From: an uncultured delta proteobacterium
Lineage (GTDB): Bacteria > Myxococcota_A > Polyangia > Polyangiales > Polyangiaceae
DNA length: 64,000 bases
Direction of reading: 5' to 3'
Assembly (NCBI GenBank): GCA_963806225.1
Contig: CAWDXG010000004.1
Location: forward strand, 1,984,001 to 2,048,000
Below the pieces are notes generated by a model. The model did no database searches, was not told the origin of the DNA, and saw nothing but the letters and a program-made list of their open reading frames with translations. The first letter of the stretch is position 1. Every line of letters begins with the position of its first letter. Below are positions 41,231 through 52,615 of the stretch, one piece after another. The translations under genes and the position numbers were made by a program.

Positions 41231-42625
41231 ATGACCGCCACCGCGCCCGCTTCCGACACCTCGCCCCGTGGCGTGGTGCGCGAGGTCTTGCGGCTGGCGG
41301 GGCCGGCGGTGCTGACGAGCTTCCTGCAGACGCTGGTGTTCCTGGCGGATCGGCTGTTGCTCGGGCGCTACAGCGAGCCGGCGCTGGCGAGCATGCAGGT
41401 GCAGGGACCGATCGTGTGGTCGGTGTTCAGCGTGTTTGCGGGACTGACCGTCGGCACGGTGCCGCTGGTGGCGCGGGCGGTGGGCGCGGGCGACCGCAGG
41501 CGCGCGGGCGAGGTGGCGCGGGCCTCCTTGCGGGTGGCGCTCGCGCTCGGCGTGGGCGTGTGCCTGGCGGGGCTGCTGCTGGCGGGACCGCTGGTGCGCG
41601 CGATAGGTCCCCACTCGCCGGCGCTGCGCGCGCTGTCCGAGCGCTACCTGGGCGTGATCCTGCTCGGCTTCCCACAGATGTTCCTGGCCACGGCGGCGGC
41701 GATGGTGTTGACCGGCGCGGGCAACACGAAGACGCCGCTCCGGATCGGGCTTTTGAGCAACACGCTCAACGTCGTCGGCGACGTGCTGTTCATCTTCGGC
41801 TTCCACGTCGGGCCGCTCCGCGTGCCGGCGTTCGGTGTGGCCGGAGCAGCAGCATCCTCCGTCGTGGCGTTCACGGTGGAAGCGGCGCTCTTGCTCTGGG
41901 TACTGCGGCGCGACGATCAGCCGGCGCGCGTCGCGCGTTTCTTCGCGCGGGCCAGCGCCGCGTCGCGCGAGGCGCAAAAGGCGCTGATGCGCATCAGCAC
42001 GCCGGCGATGTTGGAGCGCGTGGTGATCCACGCCGGCTTCCTCGCCTACGTGGCGGTCATCAATCGCCTCGGCACGCAGGTGATGGCGAGCAACCAGGCC
42101 ATGATCACGCTGGAGGCGATCTGCTTCCTCGGGGCGGACGGCTTCGGCGTGGCGGCGGCGACGGTGGTCGGACAATCGCTCGGACGGGAGCAGCCACGCG
42201 CCGCCCGGCACGGCGGGCTGGTCGCGACCGGGCTCGGCATTGCGGCGCTCACCGCGGCGGGGCTCGTTATCTGGGCCAGCGGTCCCTGGTCGCTGAGGTT
42301 GTTCGTGCCGGCGGGAAGCTCCGGTGGCGACCTCGTGAGGACAGCCATGGGCGCGATGCCGCTCTTGGCCCTGTCGCAACCCTTCATGGCGATCGCGGTG
42401 GTGCTCGCCCAGGGGCTGCGCGGCGCGGGCGACACGCGCTCGCCGCTGATCGCGGCGGTCGTGGGCGGCTTTGCGGTGCGCGTGGGGCTGGCCTGGTGGC
42501 TCGGATTGCACCTGGGCCTCGGGCTCCGGGCCGTGTGGGTCGCGAGCACCGTCGACTGGGTCGTGCGCACGCTGATCTGCGGCGGTATCTTCCTCAGAGG
42601 CCGCTGGACCCGGATCCAGGTGTAG
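41231..42625 (+). CDS. MATE-family efflux transporter
   Basis: LRLAGPAVL, DRLLLGR, GAGNTKTPL, FGVAGAA, LRGAGDTRSP; about 12 TM segments. Confidence 0.92.
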   Translation: MTATAPASDTSPRGVVREVLRLAGPAVLTSFLQTLVFLADRLLLGRYSEPALASMQVQGPIVWSVFSVFAGLTVGTVPLVARAVGAGDRRRAGEVARASLRVALALGVGVCLAGLLLAGPLVRAIGPHSPALRALSERYLGVILLGFPQMFLATAAAMVLTGAGNTKTPLRIGLLSNTLNVVGDVLFIFGFHVGPLRVPAFGVAGAAASSVVAFTVEAALLLWVLRRDDQPARVARFFARASAASREAQKALMRISTPAMLERVVIHAGFLAYVAVINRLGTQVMASNQAMITLEAICFLGADGFGVAAATVVGQSLGREQPRAARHGGLVATGLGIAALTAAGLVIWASGPWSLRLFVPAGSSGGDLVRTAMGAMPLLALSQPFMAIAVVLAQGLRGAGDTRSPLIAAVVGGFAVRVGLAWWLGLHLGLGLRAVWVASTVDWVVRTLICGGIFLRGRWTRIQV

Positions 42626-42651
42626 AGGCGCGCGGGGGTGTACACTGGGGC

Positions 42652-44907
42652 ATGGCTTTCCGACGCTGGACCTGGCTTCTCTTCGTCTCCCTCCTGATCG
42701 CCGGTCTGGCCGGCGCGTGCAGCGGCTCGGGCAGCGGAGTCGCAAGCGGCCATCACGGCACGGGTGGCGGCGCCGCGAGCGGCGGCAGCGGCGGCAACGG
42801 CGGCAACGGCGGCGGCATCTTGCTCGATGGCGGACCCGACGCGGCGAGCTCGCTCAAGATCACGCCGGCGAACCCGGTGGTCGTCGTCAAGTCGGGGCAG
42901 GCGCTGCCGACGGTGAGCTTCCAGGTCACGTCGAACGGGACGCCGGTCGGAGCACAGTGGCTGATCAATCGCGCCGAGATCGGCAGCATCGACAAGAGCG
43001 GCGTGTTCACGCCCACCGGCAAGGTCGCCGGACAGGCAACCGTCGAAGCCACAGTCGGAACGCAGAAGGTGTCGACCACCGTCACGGTGCAGATCCAGGC
43101 GACCGAGAACGGCGGCACGGAGCCCGCTACCGGCCCCGGCCCCGGCGGCTACGAGGGCGTGGGCGGTGAAGGCATCGGCGGCGCGGTGGCGGGCGGCGTC
43201 AAGACCGCGCTCGACGGCACGCCCACTGCCGACCCGTCCATGCAGTGGCTCTACCCGTACGACAAGACGGTGTTCCCGCTCGGCCTGCTCGCGCCGCTCC
43301 TGCAGTGGAAGGCGGGCCCCGGCGCCGTCGCCGACGGCATCCTGGTCCATCTTTCCGCCAAGAACTACGACTACAAGGGCTACTTCGCGCGGCCGGCGGC
43401 GCTGCCCGCCGGGCAGCCCTTCCTGCGCCACGTGATCCCGCAGGCGACGTGGGACGCCGCGACGCATTCCGCCGCAGGCGGCAAGCTGACCGTCGACGTG
43501 ACGGTGGCCGCGGGCGGCACCGCGTACGGTCCCATCAGCGAGACATGGACCATCGCCCAGGGCGAGCTCAAGGGCACCGTCTACTACCAGTCGTACGGCA
43601 CGAACCTGGCGAAGAACTACCCGACCACGGCCAAGAACGGACAGTCCATCATCTTCGGGGGCGCCACGCTCGCCATCAAGCCGGGCGCCACGGCGCCCAC
43701 GCTGGTCGCCGGCTCGGACGGCGGGCCCGCCCAGTGCCGCGTTTGCCACAGCGTGTCCGCCGACGGCAGCCGCATGATCGTACAGCACGGCGACAGCTAC
43801 TCGACGAGCTCCTCGTACGATCTGAACAACGGCTACACCGAAACGCCCTACGCGAACTCGACCAACGGGCTGCTCGGATGGATTGGAATGTATCCCGACG
43901 GCAGCATCGGGCTGAGCAACGCCGCACCGCTGCCCGGCGGCGCCAACAGCGGCAACACCAGTCTCTACAACCTGACGAGCGGCGCCGCGCTGGCCACGAC
44001 CGGGCTCACCAGCTTCGTGACCAAGGCGGGACTGCCCGCGTTCTCGCCGGACGGCAAGCACGTCGCCTTCGACTTCTACGAGGGCCCGGGCAACGCCACG
44101 ACGGGCGCCGGCGACGGCAAGAAGCTGGTGGTGATGGACTTCGACAAGGCGACGGGTGCGTTCTCCAATCCGCGCGTCGTCTATTCGGGTGCGCCACCCG
44201 GCTGGCCGTCGTTCCTGCCCACCAACGACTCGCTGGTGTTCGAGAAGGAGGTGAAGAACGACGGCGAGCTGTTCGCGACGCGCAACGGCTCCGAAGGCGA
44301 GCTGTGGTGGACCGATGTCGCGACGGGCACCGCGCACCCGCTGGATGAAGCCAACGGCTCGAGCGGCGGCAGCATGTATCTGCCGACGGGACCGAGCAAC
44401 CACGGCACCGACACCGAGCTCGGCTACGAGCCCACGGTGAGCCCCATCACCTCGGGCGGCTACGCCTGGATGGTGTTCACGAGCCGGCGCCTGTATGGAA
44501 GCGTCGCCACGGTCGACCCCTGGTGCAGCGACCCGCGCTCGTGCGATCTCAGCTCGGCCGTCACACCCAAGAAGCTGTGGGTCGCGGCCATCGATCTCGG
44601 CGCGGCGCCTGGCACCGATCCGAGCCATCCCGCCTTCTACCTCCCGGCGCAGGAGCTCCTGGCGGGCAACTCGCGAGGCTTCTGGGTGGTCGATCCGTGC
44701 AAGGCCGACGGCAGCGCGTGCAGCAGCGGCGACCAGTGCTGCGGCGGCTACTGCCAGCAGGATCCGCAGAGCGGCGCGCTCACCTGCGGCAGCAAGACCA
44801 ACAAGTGCGCCAACCTCTACGACAAGTGCTCGACTGCTGCCGACTGTTGCGACCAGACGCTGAAGTGCATCAACAACAAGTGCTCGCAGCCGTCGCCGCC
44901 ACAGTAG
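42652..44907 (+). CDS. lipoprotein with Ig-like, TolB/PD40-like propeller and Cys-rich C-terminal domains
   Basis: Lipobox AGAC; WLYPYD, CRVCHSVS, PAFSPDGK, WMVFTSRRLYG, SHPAFYLPAQ; Cys-rich tail. Confidence 0.8.
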   Translation: MAFRRWTWLLFVSLLIAGLAGACSGSGSGVASGHHGTGGGAASGGSGGNGGNGGGILLDGGPDAASSLKITPANPVVVVKSGQALPTVSFQVTSNGTPVGAQWLINRAEIGSIDKSGVFTPTGKVAGQATVEATVGTQKVSTTVTVQIQATENGGTEPATGPGPGGYEGVGGEGIGGAVAGGVKTALDGTPTADPSMQWLYPYDKTVFPLGLLAPLLQWKAGPGAVADGILVHLSAKNYDYKGYFARPAALPAGQPFLRHVIPQATWDAATHSAAGGKLTVDVTVAAGGTAYGPISETWTIAQGELKGTVYYQSYGTNLAKNYPTTAKNGQSIIFGGATLAIKPGATAPTLVAGSDGGPAQCRVCHSVSADGSRMIVQHGDSYSTSSSYDLNNGYTETPYANSTNGLLGWIGMYPDGSIGLSNAAPLPGGANSGNTSLYNLTSGAALATTGLTSFVTKAGLPAFSPDGKHVAFDFYEGPGNATTGAGDGKKLVVMDFDKATGAFSNPRVVYSGAPPGWPSFLPTNDSLVFEKEVKNDGELFATRNGSEGELWWTDVATGTAHPLDEANGSSGGSMYLPTGPSNHGTDTELGYEPTVSPITSGGYAWMVFTSRRLYGSVATVDPWCSDPRSCDLSSAVTPKKLWVAAIDLGAAPGTDPSHPAFYLPAQELLAGNSRGFWVVDPCKADGSACSSGDQCCGGYCQQDPQSGALTCGSKTNKCANLYDKCSTAADCCDQTLKCINNKCSQPSPPQ

Positions 44908-44947
44908 GCCTTCTGTCGAGGCTGGGTCGCGTGTAGCATACGAGCCC

Positions 44948-45313
44948 ATGGAGAGGGTGACCGGGCTCGGCGAGAACGAGCTTCTGACGCTGGCGGGCCT
45001 GCTGCGGCTCCTGGTGCGGCTCGACGGCATGGCGAGCGCAGCGGAGCTGGCCGCCATCGACGCACTGGCCGTCGAGCTCGGCCGCGAGCGGTTCAACGCG
45101 CTGATCCGGCGCGCCGCAAACGAGCTGCCGCGCGACGAGGACGTGGAACAGGCGGCGCTCCGGATCGACAACCCCGACGCCCGGGAGCTCATCTTCACCG
45201 CGCTGTTCGAGATCGCCGCCGCCGATTCCATCCTGCAGCAGGAATCGTCGCTGCTCGACTGGCTCAAGGAGCATTGGCGGCTACGGCCCAGCACGGGCCC
45301 ATACCGCGAGTAG
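44948..45313 (+). CDS. TerB-like protein
   Basis: LVRLDG..SAAE and IAAADS..QQESSLL paired motifs. Confidence 0.7.
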   Translation: MERVTGLGENELLTLAGLLRLLVRLDGMASAAELAAIDALAVELGRERFNALIRRAANELPRDEDVEQAALRIDNPDARELIFTALFEIAAADSILQQESSLLDWLKEHWRLRPSTGPYRE

Positions 45314-45346
45314 ACACGTCGGACCCGGGCGCCGATACTGCGGCGC

Positions 45347-47077
45347 ATGGGCTCCTTCCGTCGCGCACTTCTCGTCTCGCTTCCCATCGCGCTTGCCAGC
45401 GCCACCGCGCTCGCCGCGTCGCATCCGCCGGGAGTGAGCTACCCGCTCACTCCTGCCGCCATCCAGCCGGCGGGGCTGGCGCAGAAGCTGCCGAGCACGC
45501 GCCGCTACGTGCTGGTGTGGAAGGACCAGCTCGCCGACGCGGTGCAGGGCATCACGAGCGCGCAGAAGCCGTGGATCGTCCAGCACTACGTCGGCACGCA
45601 GAAGCTCTTCAAGAGCCAGATCGACGAGTACCGGAAGATGAACCCGGACTTCCTCATGCTCGTCTACCACCTGGCGTACGGGCTGAACGGCGCCGACCAG
45701 CAGAACCCGGTCGGCAACATCACCGGCGTGAACAAGTGGGGGCAGGAAGACACCGACAACTTCACGCCGTACGTGTCGGCGCACAGCCTGACGCGCGAGA
45801 ACGCCTACGAGCACGGCACCAACACCGGGTACAAGAACAACCGCATCTACTACCCAGATCCGTTCTGGCTGATGAACATCGACTCGACGGAGTGGCGCTC
45901 GTACCTGTTCGACACGCTGATCGAGTGGCAGGGCTACCCCACGACGAAAGCGACGGGGGTGTTTCTCGATGTGGCCTTCCACCCCTGGTACAACTACAAG
46001 CCGGATCAGTGGTGGGCGCAGAAGGCCGGCGGAAGCTCGCACACCGATCTCGCGAACTGGTGGAACCCGCGCGCGACGGCGTACTTCAAGGCGATGCGCG
46101 CCGCGTTCGCCAAGACCGCGTCGCACCCCCGCTATCTCGTTATCCCGAATCCCGACTCGCTGATCGACGAGGAGCCGACGTTCCTGAACGAAACCGACGG
46201 CGTGTTCACCGAGAACTGGCAGGCGGTGAAGGACTCGGCCGGCAACTGGGCCGTCTCGACGCGGCGCCTCTGCCAGTACGTGACCGGCAAGGGCAAGGTG
46301 TGGATCGCCGGCATCACGGCCAAGGGCACATCGCTGTCGATGCAGGAGCGCACGCTGCTCGTCGGGACATATCTGCTCGTCCGCAACGGCACCAGCTACT
46401 ACACGCTCGGCCTCGCCGACGTGAGCTGGTACCCCGAGTACGAGATCGATCTCGGCGGCTACGTCGACGAGCCGCCGACGGACATCGAGAAGCTCCGCGT
46501 GGCGGGGACAGGTGGCTCGAGCGGCGGGCTCTACGCCCGCAAGTACGTGAGCGGGCTGGTTCTGGTGAACTCGTCGAGCGGCGCACTGTCGTACACCCTG
46601 CCGTCGGCGATGAAGCAGGCGGTGTTCTCGGGCGGCGGCACTGTCGACGGACAGGCGAACATGCCGAGCTACTCGCTCGACTACACGAAGGACGTTCCGG
46701 CGGGAAAGCTGAGCGTCCCGGCGAGGAGCGCCGTCATCCTGCGCGATCCGGCCGGGCCACCCCCGCCCGGCGTGGAACCGGGCGGCAGCGGCGGGACCGG
46801 GGGCAGCGGCGGAGCCTCGGGCGGCAGCGGCGGCGCGAGCGGCGGGACAGGGGGAGCCTCGGGCGGCAGCGGCGGCGCGAGCGGCGGGACAGGCGGCGCG
46901 AGCGGCGGAACAGGCGGCGCGAGCGGCGGAACAGGCGGCGCGAGCGGCGGCAAGGCGTCGTCCGGCGACAGCGGTGGCTGCGGCTGTGCGCTTCCCCGAA
47001 GCGGCTCGGGCGGCGCACCAGCGGCGCTGCTGGTCGGCCTGCTGCTCGGACTGCTCCGTCGGCGCCGCGCGGCCTGA
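45347..47077 (+). CDS. secreted putative glycoside hydrolase (GHL15-like) with MYXO-CTERM
   Basis: Signal peptide; GVFLD, DGVFTENW, WYPEYEIDLG..LYARKY..GLVLVN; SGGCGC-hydrophobic-RRRR tail. Confidence 0.75.
   Translation: MGSFRRALLVSLPIALASATALAASHPPGVSYPLTPAAIQPAGLAQKLPSTRRYVLVWKDQLADAVQGITSAQKPWIVQHYVGTQKLFKSQIDEYRKMNPDFLMLVYHLAYGLNGADQQNPVGNITGVNKWGQEDTDNFTPYVSAHSLTRENAYEHGTNTGYKNNRIYYPDPFWLMNIDSTEWRSYLFDTLIEWQGYPTTKATGVFLDVAFHPWYNYKPDQWWAQKAGGSSHTDLANWWNPRATAYFKAMRAAFAKTASHPRYLVIPNPDSLIDEEPTFLNETDGVFTENWQAVKDSAGNWAVSTRRLCQYVTGKGKVWIAGITAKGTSLSMQERTLLVGTYLLVRNGTSYYTLGLADVSWYPEYEIDLGGYVDEPPTDIEKLRVAGTGGSSGGLYARKYVSGLVLVNSSSGALSYTLPSAMKQAVFSGGGTVDGQANMPSYSLDYTKDVPAGKLSVPARSAVILRDPAGPPPPGVEPGGSGGTGGSGGASGGSGGASGGTGGASGGSGGASGGTGGASGGTGGASGGTGGASGGKASSGDSGGCGCALPRSGSGGAPAALLVGLLLGLLRRRRAA
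46781..46950. repeat. 21-bp-based coding tandem repeats (GGASGGT/S linker)
   Basis: ggcggcgcgagcggcggaaca-like units. Confidence 0.8.
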
Positions 47078-47145
47078 TGGTTTCAAAGGCGGGACGCATC
47101 CCGGGCCCGCCCAACCGTGGTAGAGTCACGTCAGCGGGGTTCAGG

Positions 47146-47733
47146 ATGTATCAACACCTGGAGCAGTACGTAGAGAGCCTGCCGGCCGGACTCGATTCCT
47201 ATGCGGACTGCATCGTCAAGGCCTCGGTGCTGCGCGCTGCGCTGGAGACCGGCGGCCTACGCGGTCCCGAATCGGGCCTTCCGGACCGACTGCAGCGCCT
47301 GCTCGATGCACCGCCGCCGGTCACCGAGTGGATCCCCGAGGTGCTGAGTGTCGCAGCGCACCTGGCGATCATCGACGAGAACGGGCTGAGCGACGACGCC
47401 GTGCTCGACTGGACCTACCGGACGAACCGGCACCTCGCCCAGTCACGCCTGTATCGCGCGGTGGCGTCGCTCGCTTCGCCGGACATGGCGCTACGCGCGT
47501 CGCGGCTCGGCTGGGGCATGCTGCATCGAGGCATCGAGCTGTCCGTGCAACGCGGGAACGGCGGCGCACAGCTGACCGTCCACCACCCCGACAGCGTGTG
47601 GACGCGCCTGGTCCACCTGGCCACCGCGACGGGCTTCCGCGCCGTGCTCGAGAGCTCCCGGGGCAAGGACGTCTCCGTCACGCTTTCCGACTCGCAGCCT
47701 GACCAGGCAACCTACGACTGCACCTGGAGCTAG
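47146..47733 (+). CDS. hypothetical protein, DUF2378-like
   Basis: YVESLPAGLDSYADCIVKAS, PPPVTEWIPEV, WGMLHRG. Confidence 0.65.
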   Translation: MYQHLEQYVESLPAGLDSYADCIVKASVLRAALETGGLRGPESGLPDRLQRLLDAPPPVTEWIPEVLSVAAHLAIIDENGLSDDAVLDWTYRTNRHLAQSRLYRAVASLASPDMALRASRLGWGMLHRGIELSVQRGNGGAQLTVHHPDSVWTRLVHLATATGFRAVLESSRGKDVSVTLSDSQPDQATYDCTWS

Positions 47734-47739
47734 CCGCCG

Positions 47740-48282
47740 TCAGAGCACGTACAGCCGGCCGTCTCCGGCGGTTCCGTACGGGTAGTTGCCGGCGAGAAAG
47801 AGCTCGAACACCCGCGTCCAGAAGCCGCTGCGATGCAGATACTGCTCGGTGACGGCCCAGCGCGCCGCTTCCGCCGCAGTGCGCACGGCTTCCGGCCGCA
47901 AATCCAGCTCGCCGAAGCACAGCCACGGCGAGCGGGGCACCTCCAGCTCGATGCGACCGACACGCCGGTGCACGGCAAGGCGCACGTGCTTGAGCGGCTC
48001 GAACACGCGGGGCTCCGACTCGAGCCGGGCCAGCGCCGCCGACAGCCCGGGCGCAGGATCACGCGCGCCGGAAGCCAGCGGAACGAGATCCGGAATCGAG
48101 CTCTTGTTCTTGACCGGAATGTCGAGCGCGCGCGCGGCCGCGTATTTCGCGTAGCTCTGGAAATCGGCGCTGTCGACAACAGCCACGAAGTCGTCATAGG
48201 TGACCGCCATCCCGAGCCGCCCGAACCACGGCGCCCGGTCGATGCGTCCGAATAGCTCCTCGGCAGCCTGTCCAAACGGCAC
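47740..48282 (-). CDS. hypothetical protein (possible immunity-type small protein)
   Basis: APWFGRLG N-terminus and FWTRVFELFLAGNYPYG..G.LYVL C-terminus; start 48282 or 48294. Confidence 0.6.
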   Translation of the reverse strand: MPFGQAAEELFGRIDRAPWFGRLGMAVTYDDFVAVVDSADFQSYAKYAAARALDIPVKNKSSIPDLVPLASGARDPAPGLSAALARLESEPRVFEPLKHVRLAVHRRVGRIELEVPRSPWLCFGELDLRPEAVRTAAEAARWAVTEQYLHRSGFWTRVFELFLAGNYPYGTAGDGRLYVL

Positions 48283-48345
48283 GACCGCCAGCATACCGCA
48301 GCAGCGCTGGCGGCGTGGGACACGTTGATCTAGCGTCTCCGGCCG

Positions 48346-49962
<1,617 letters not shown>

Positions 49963-49979
49963 GCTCCGGCTGTCGCTCT

Positions 49980-51452
49980 TCACGGTTGCCAGCGGACCTC
50001 GCCGTTGCCTTGATACCGGATGCTGCCCACGCGCACGAAATCCGGGCCTCCTGCTTGCCAGAACACCAGCCGACTCCACACGTTTCCCAGGACCCGCTCG
50101 GCGAACAGACTGTCGTCGGGCGCCCAGTCCGAACGCCGGACGACCCCGATTCGATGCTGCCGCCCGGTGGCGATACGGAGCGCACTCGAATTCACGCCGT
50201 AGGCGATCTCCACCCACTTCGAGCCCGGTGTGAACCACACCGAGTGGAAAGCGCGCGCTGCGGTGGTTTCGGCGATCAGGTGCGCCAGACCGGGCTGGAA
50301 CGCGGCGTTCCGGCCGAGCCAGGCTCTCCACGGACGATGCTCGCGGTATGCCGTCACGAGCAAGTGCCGACCGTCCGGAGACCAGTCGATGTCGACGCGC
50401 GTGCCTCCCGTGTGGTCGACCGTCGTCCAGGTCGCCCCTGAACCGAGATCGCGGACCTTGATCGCGTCGCCGTCGGCATATGCCACGACGGGGGCGACGC
50501 GGCTCGCGACGCCCCTGGCGGCCAGGTGCACCGCTGAACGGCGCCCATCCGCACGCACGGCGACCGTCCCGACGACGACCCAGTCGCGCCCGGCCCATTC
50601 CGGATCGATGCCGCACGGCCCAGCGCCCGAGCATTCGAGCAGTACCCTGCCCGGCGGCGGCAGCGCTCCGTTCGCGTCGAACACGAGCACCGCCTTGTGC
50701 ACGGGGTCGCTGAACGGGATGCGCCCGCCGCAAGCGAGATGATGACCCATAGGCGACCACGCGCACGTCGGCACGGCAATCCACGAGCCCACGCCGAGGT
50801 CGCTCATCGACGGATGCTGGGCGGAAACGTCAATCCAGTGAGCCGAGACCCGACCGGGGTCGGTGTCCTGTGACCAGAGCGCGTCGCCCGTCGGCGACGA
50901 CTCGGGCAACTTGACGTCGTCGAGCTGCGGCTGGAAGCGCCGCACGCGGATCGGTTTCGTGTCGAAATCGAGCGCGCTCCACTCGACACCTCCGGACAAG
51001 AGGAGACGCGGACGGCCCTTCAGCCAGTCGCCGCATTCCGGAACCGTGATCGGCTTCGAGAATGCCGCGCCGTGGACCGCGACGACGTGGACCGGAAGAC
51101 CGGGGCGGCACAGCTCCAGCCAGCGGCCGTCCGGCGACCAGCCGCCCCAGCGACGCAACTGGAGGACGCGCGCGATGCCCCGGCTCGTGACGTAGACGGC
51201 TCGGCGCACCGGCGAAGGCTTTCCCGGGTCGTCGCGAATTCCCGAACGCAGCAGCAGCCAGCGGCCCCTCGCAGGCGGGCGAGTCTTCGGGGGCGGTGGG
51301 CGCGCCGACGCGGCACCGCGCTGTGCGTGGGGAGCTGCTGCCGGTCCGCCACGACAGGCCGCGACAACACCCGCCGCAACGACAGCTCCAGGCCAACCAG
51401 CCCGCGCGCATCGCCGTGTCCATCTGCGCCATCGGGAGCCTGCCGCGACCAC
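49980..51452 (-). CDS. TolB/beta-propeller-like putative lipoprotein
   Basis: VVAAC lipobox-like; repeated WSPDG/WSPMG/WAPDD motifs; GTG start after TATCAT. Confidence 0.65.
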   Translation of the reverse strand: MVAAGSRWRRWTRRCARAGWPGAVVAAGVVAACRGGPAAAPHAQRGAASARPPPPKTRPPARGRWLLLRSGIRDDPGKPSPVRRAVYVTSRGIARVLQLRRWGGWSPDGRWLELCRPGLPVHVVAVHGAAFSKPITVPECGDWLKGRPRLLLSGGVEWSALDFDTKPIRVRRFQPQLDDVKLPESSPTGDALWSQDTDPGRVSAHWIDVSAQHPSMSDLGVGSWIAVPTCAWSPMGHHLACGGRIPFSDPVHKAVLVFDANGALPPPGRVLLECSGAGPCGIDPEWAGRDWVVVGTVAVRADGRRSAVHLAARGVASRVAPVVAYADGDAIKVRDLGSGATWTTVDHTGGTRVDIDWSPDGRHLLVTAYREHRPWRAWLGRNAAFQPGLAHLIAETTAARAFHSVWFTPGSKWVEIAYGVNSSALRIATGRQHRIGVVRRSDWAPDDSLFAERVLGNVWSRLVFWQAGGPDFVRVGSIRYQGNGEVRWQP

Positions 51453-51558
51453 ATCCCGATGATACCGCGCCACGCCTGTCTCCCCCACCCGCGCGCGGCG
51501 CGCGCATGCCGGAGCGCCGCCGGCCCTTCAGCCCGCACGCCGCAGGCGCGCGCCGCGT

Positions 51559-51621
51559 CCGGGTCTGGGGGAGACCGCGGAGGAGGCGAAGCCGACGACG
51601 CGAGTGGGGGCAGCCCCACAC
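51559..51621 (+). repeat. structured REP-like element, left copy
   Basis: CCGGGTCTGGGGG..AGGCGAAGCCGACGACGC..GTGGGGGCAGCCCCAC abutting repeat copy 2. Confidence 0.6.
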
Positions 51622-51771
51622 GAGAGCACGCCGTTCTTCGCCACCGCCCGCCTCTGGGACGACGGCATCATCGACCCGCGCGACACGCGCAGCGTGGTCG
51701 GCATCGCGCTCAGCACCGCCTACAACGCGCGCGTCGAGGGCACGACGAGCTGGGGCGTGTTCCGGCACTGA
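51622..51771 (+). repeat. carboxylase 3'-end repeat, copy 2 (orphan gene tail)
   Basis: [49 protein letters not shown]. Confidence 0.95.
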
Positions 51772-51855
51772 TCGTGGGTTGCCCCCGCGGTTGAAGCGCG
51801 CACCAAGTCCGGCGTCCTCGGCTTCGCCTGCGGGCGCCGGCGCCCCCAAACCCGG
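51772..51855 (-). repeat. structured REP-like element, right inverted copy
   Basis: Reverse complement reads CCGGGTTTGGGGG..AGGCGAAGCCGAGGACGC..GCGGGGGCAACCCAC. Confidence 0.6.
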
Positions 51856-51923
51856 CCGCTATCGCGCCCGGCCGGGGGCGCAACGGTTCGACCCGGCCCA
51901 TACGCTCGGGTACAATCGGAACA

Positions 51924-52157
51924 ATGGCGCAGCCGCTCGTGTATCCACCGCCGGGGTTCGAGGATCTGCCTGTCGAGGAACAGATCGAGTACGTGCAGGC
52001 GCTCTGGGACGGCATCGTCGACAAGCAGCAGGTGCCGGTACCGGACTGGCACCGCGACATCGTCCGCGAACGCCTTGCGAATCCGGCGCCGGGGCCAAGC
52101 CGACCCTGGCACGAGGTCCGCGCCGAGCTCGCGCGCAAACACGCGAACGACCGTTGA
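51924..52157 (+). CDS. addiction-module antitoxin (TIGR02574-like)
   Basis: LPVEEQIEYVQALWDGI..VPDWHRDIVRERL..RPWHEVR; upstream of a RelE/ParE toxin. Confidence 0.85.
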   Translation: MAQPLVYPPPGFEDLPVEEQIEYVQALWDGIVDKQQVPVPDWHRDIVRERLANPAPGPSRPWHEVRAELARKHANDR

Positions 52158-52463
52158 AGGGTATCCGGCGAACTCCAGCCGGAGGCTCAAGCCGACCTTG
52201 ACGAGGCACTCGCGTGGTATCGCGAGCGCGATCAGCGTCTCGTCACCCGCTTGCTCGTGGAGCTGGATGCGGTCTTCGATCGGATCCGCGAAGCACCCGA
52301 TCAGTTCCCGCTCGTCGAAGGGACGGTCCGGCGCGCGTTGCTCCACAAGTTTCCGTACAGCGTCTACTACAGCGCCGGTGTGGACTGCATCGACGTGGTC
52401 GCCGTCATCCACCAACGGCGGTATCCCGCCACCTGGAAACGCGAACCGCCACCCGAGGATTGA
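52154..52463 (+). pseudogene. RelE/ParE-family toxin, +1 frameshift just after the TTG start
   Basis: PEAQADLDEALAWY..RIREAPDQFP..RRALLHKFPYSVYY..VVAVIHQRR; overlapping TTG 52154 is out of frame by one G. Confidence 0.8.
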
Positions 52464-52477
52464 GCGGTCCGCCTGCA

Positions 52478-52534
52478 ACCGCCTACAACGCGCGCGTGGA
52501 AGGCACGACCAGCTGGGGCGTGTTCCGGCACTGA
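52478..52534 (+). repeat. carboxylase 3'-end repeat, copy 3 (57 bp)
   Basis: [18 protein letters not shown] coding sequence with synonymous changes. Confidence 0.92.
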
Positions 52535-52615
52535 ACTGCCAGCCGGGGCGATGTCCGGGAGCCACGCGATCCGGGCGACCAACTGGCGTTCAACGCGCGC
52601 GGCCCGCCGAACACG

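Noticed and set aside
41092..42651. 1271-aa ORF suggesting a long N-terminal extension
   Set aside because: The first 520 codons overlap the MATE gene in another frame; the real protein starts at 42652 with a signal peptide.
45274..47145. 819-aa ORF overlapping the glycoside hydrolase gene
   Set aside because: Only the part from ATG 47146 looks coding; the rest is an off-frame shadow.
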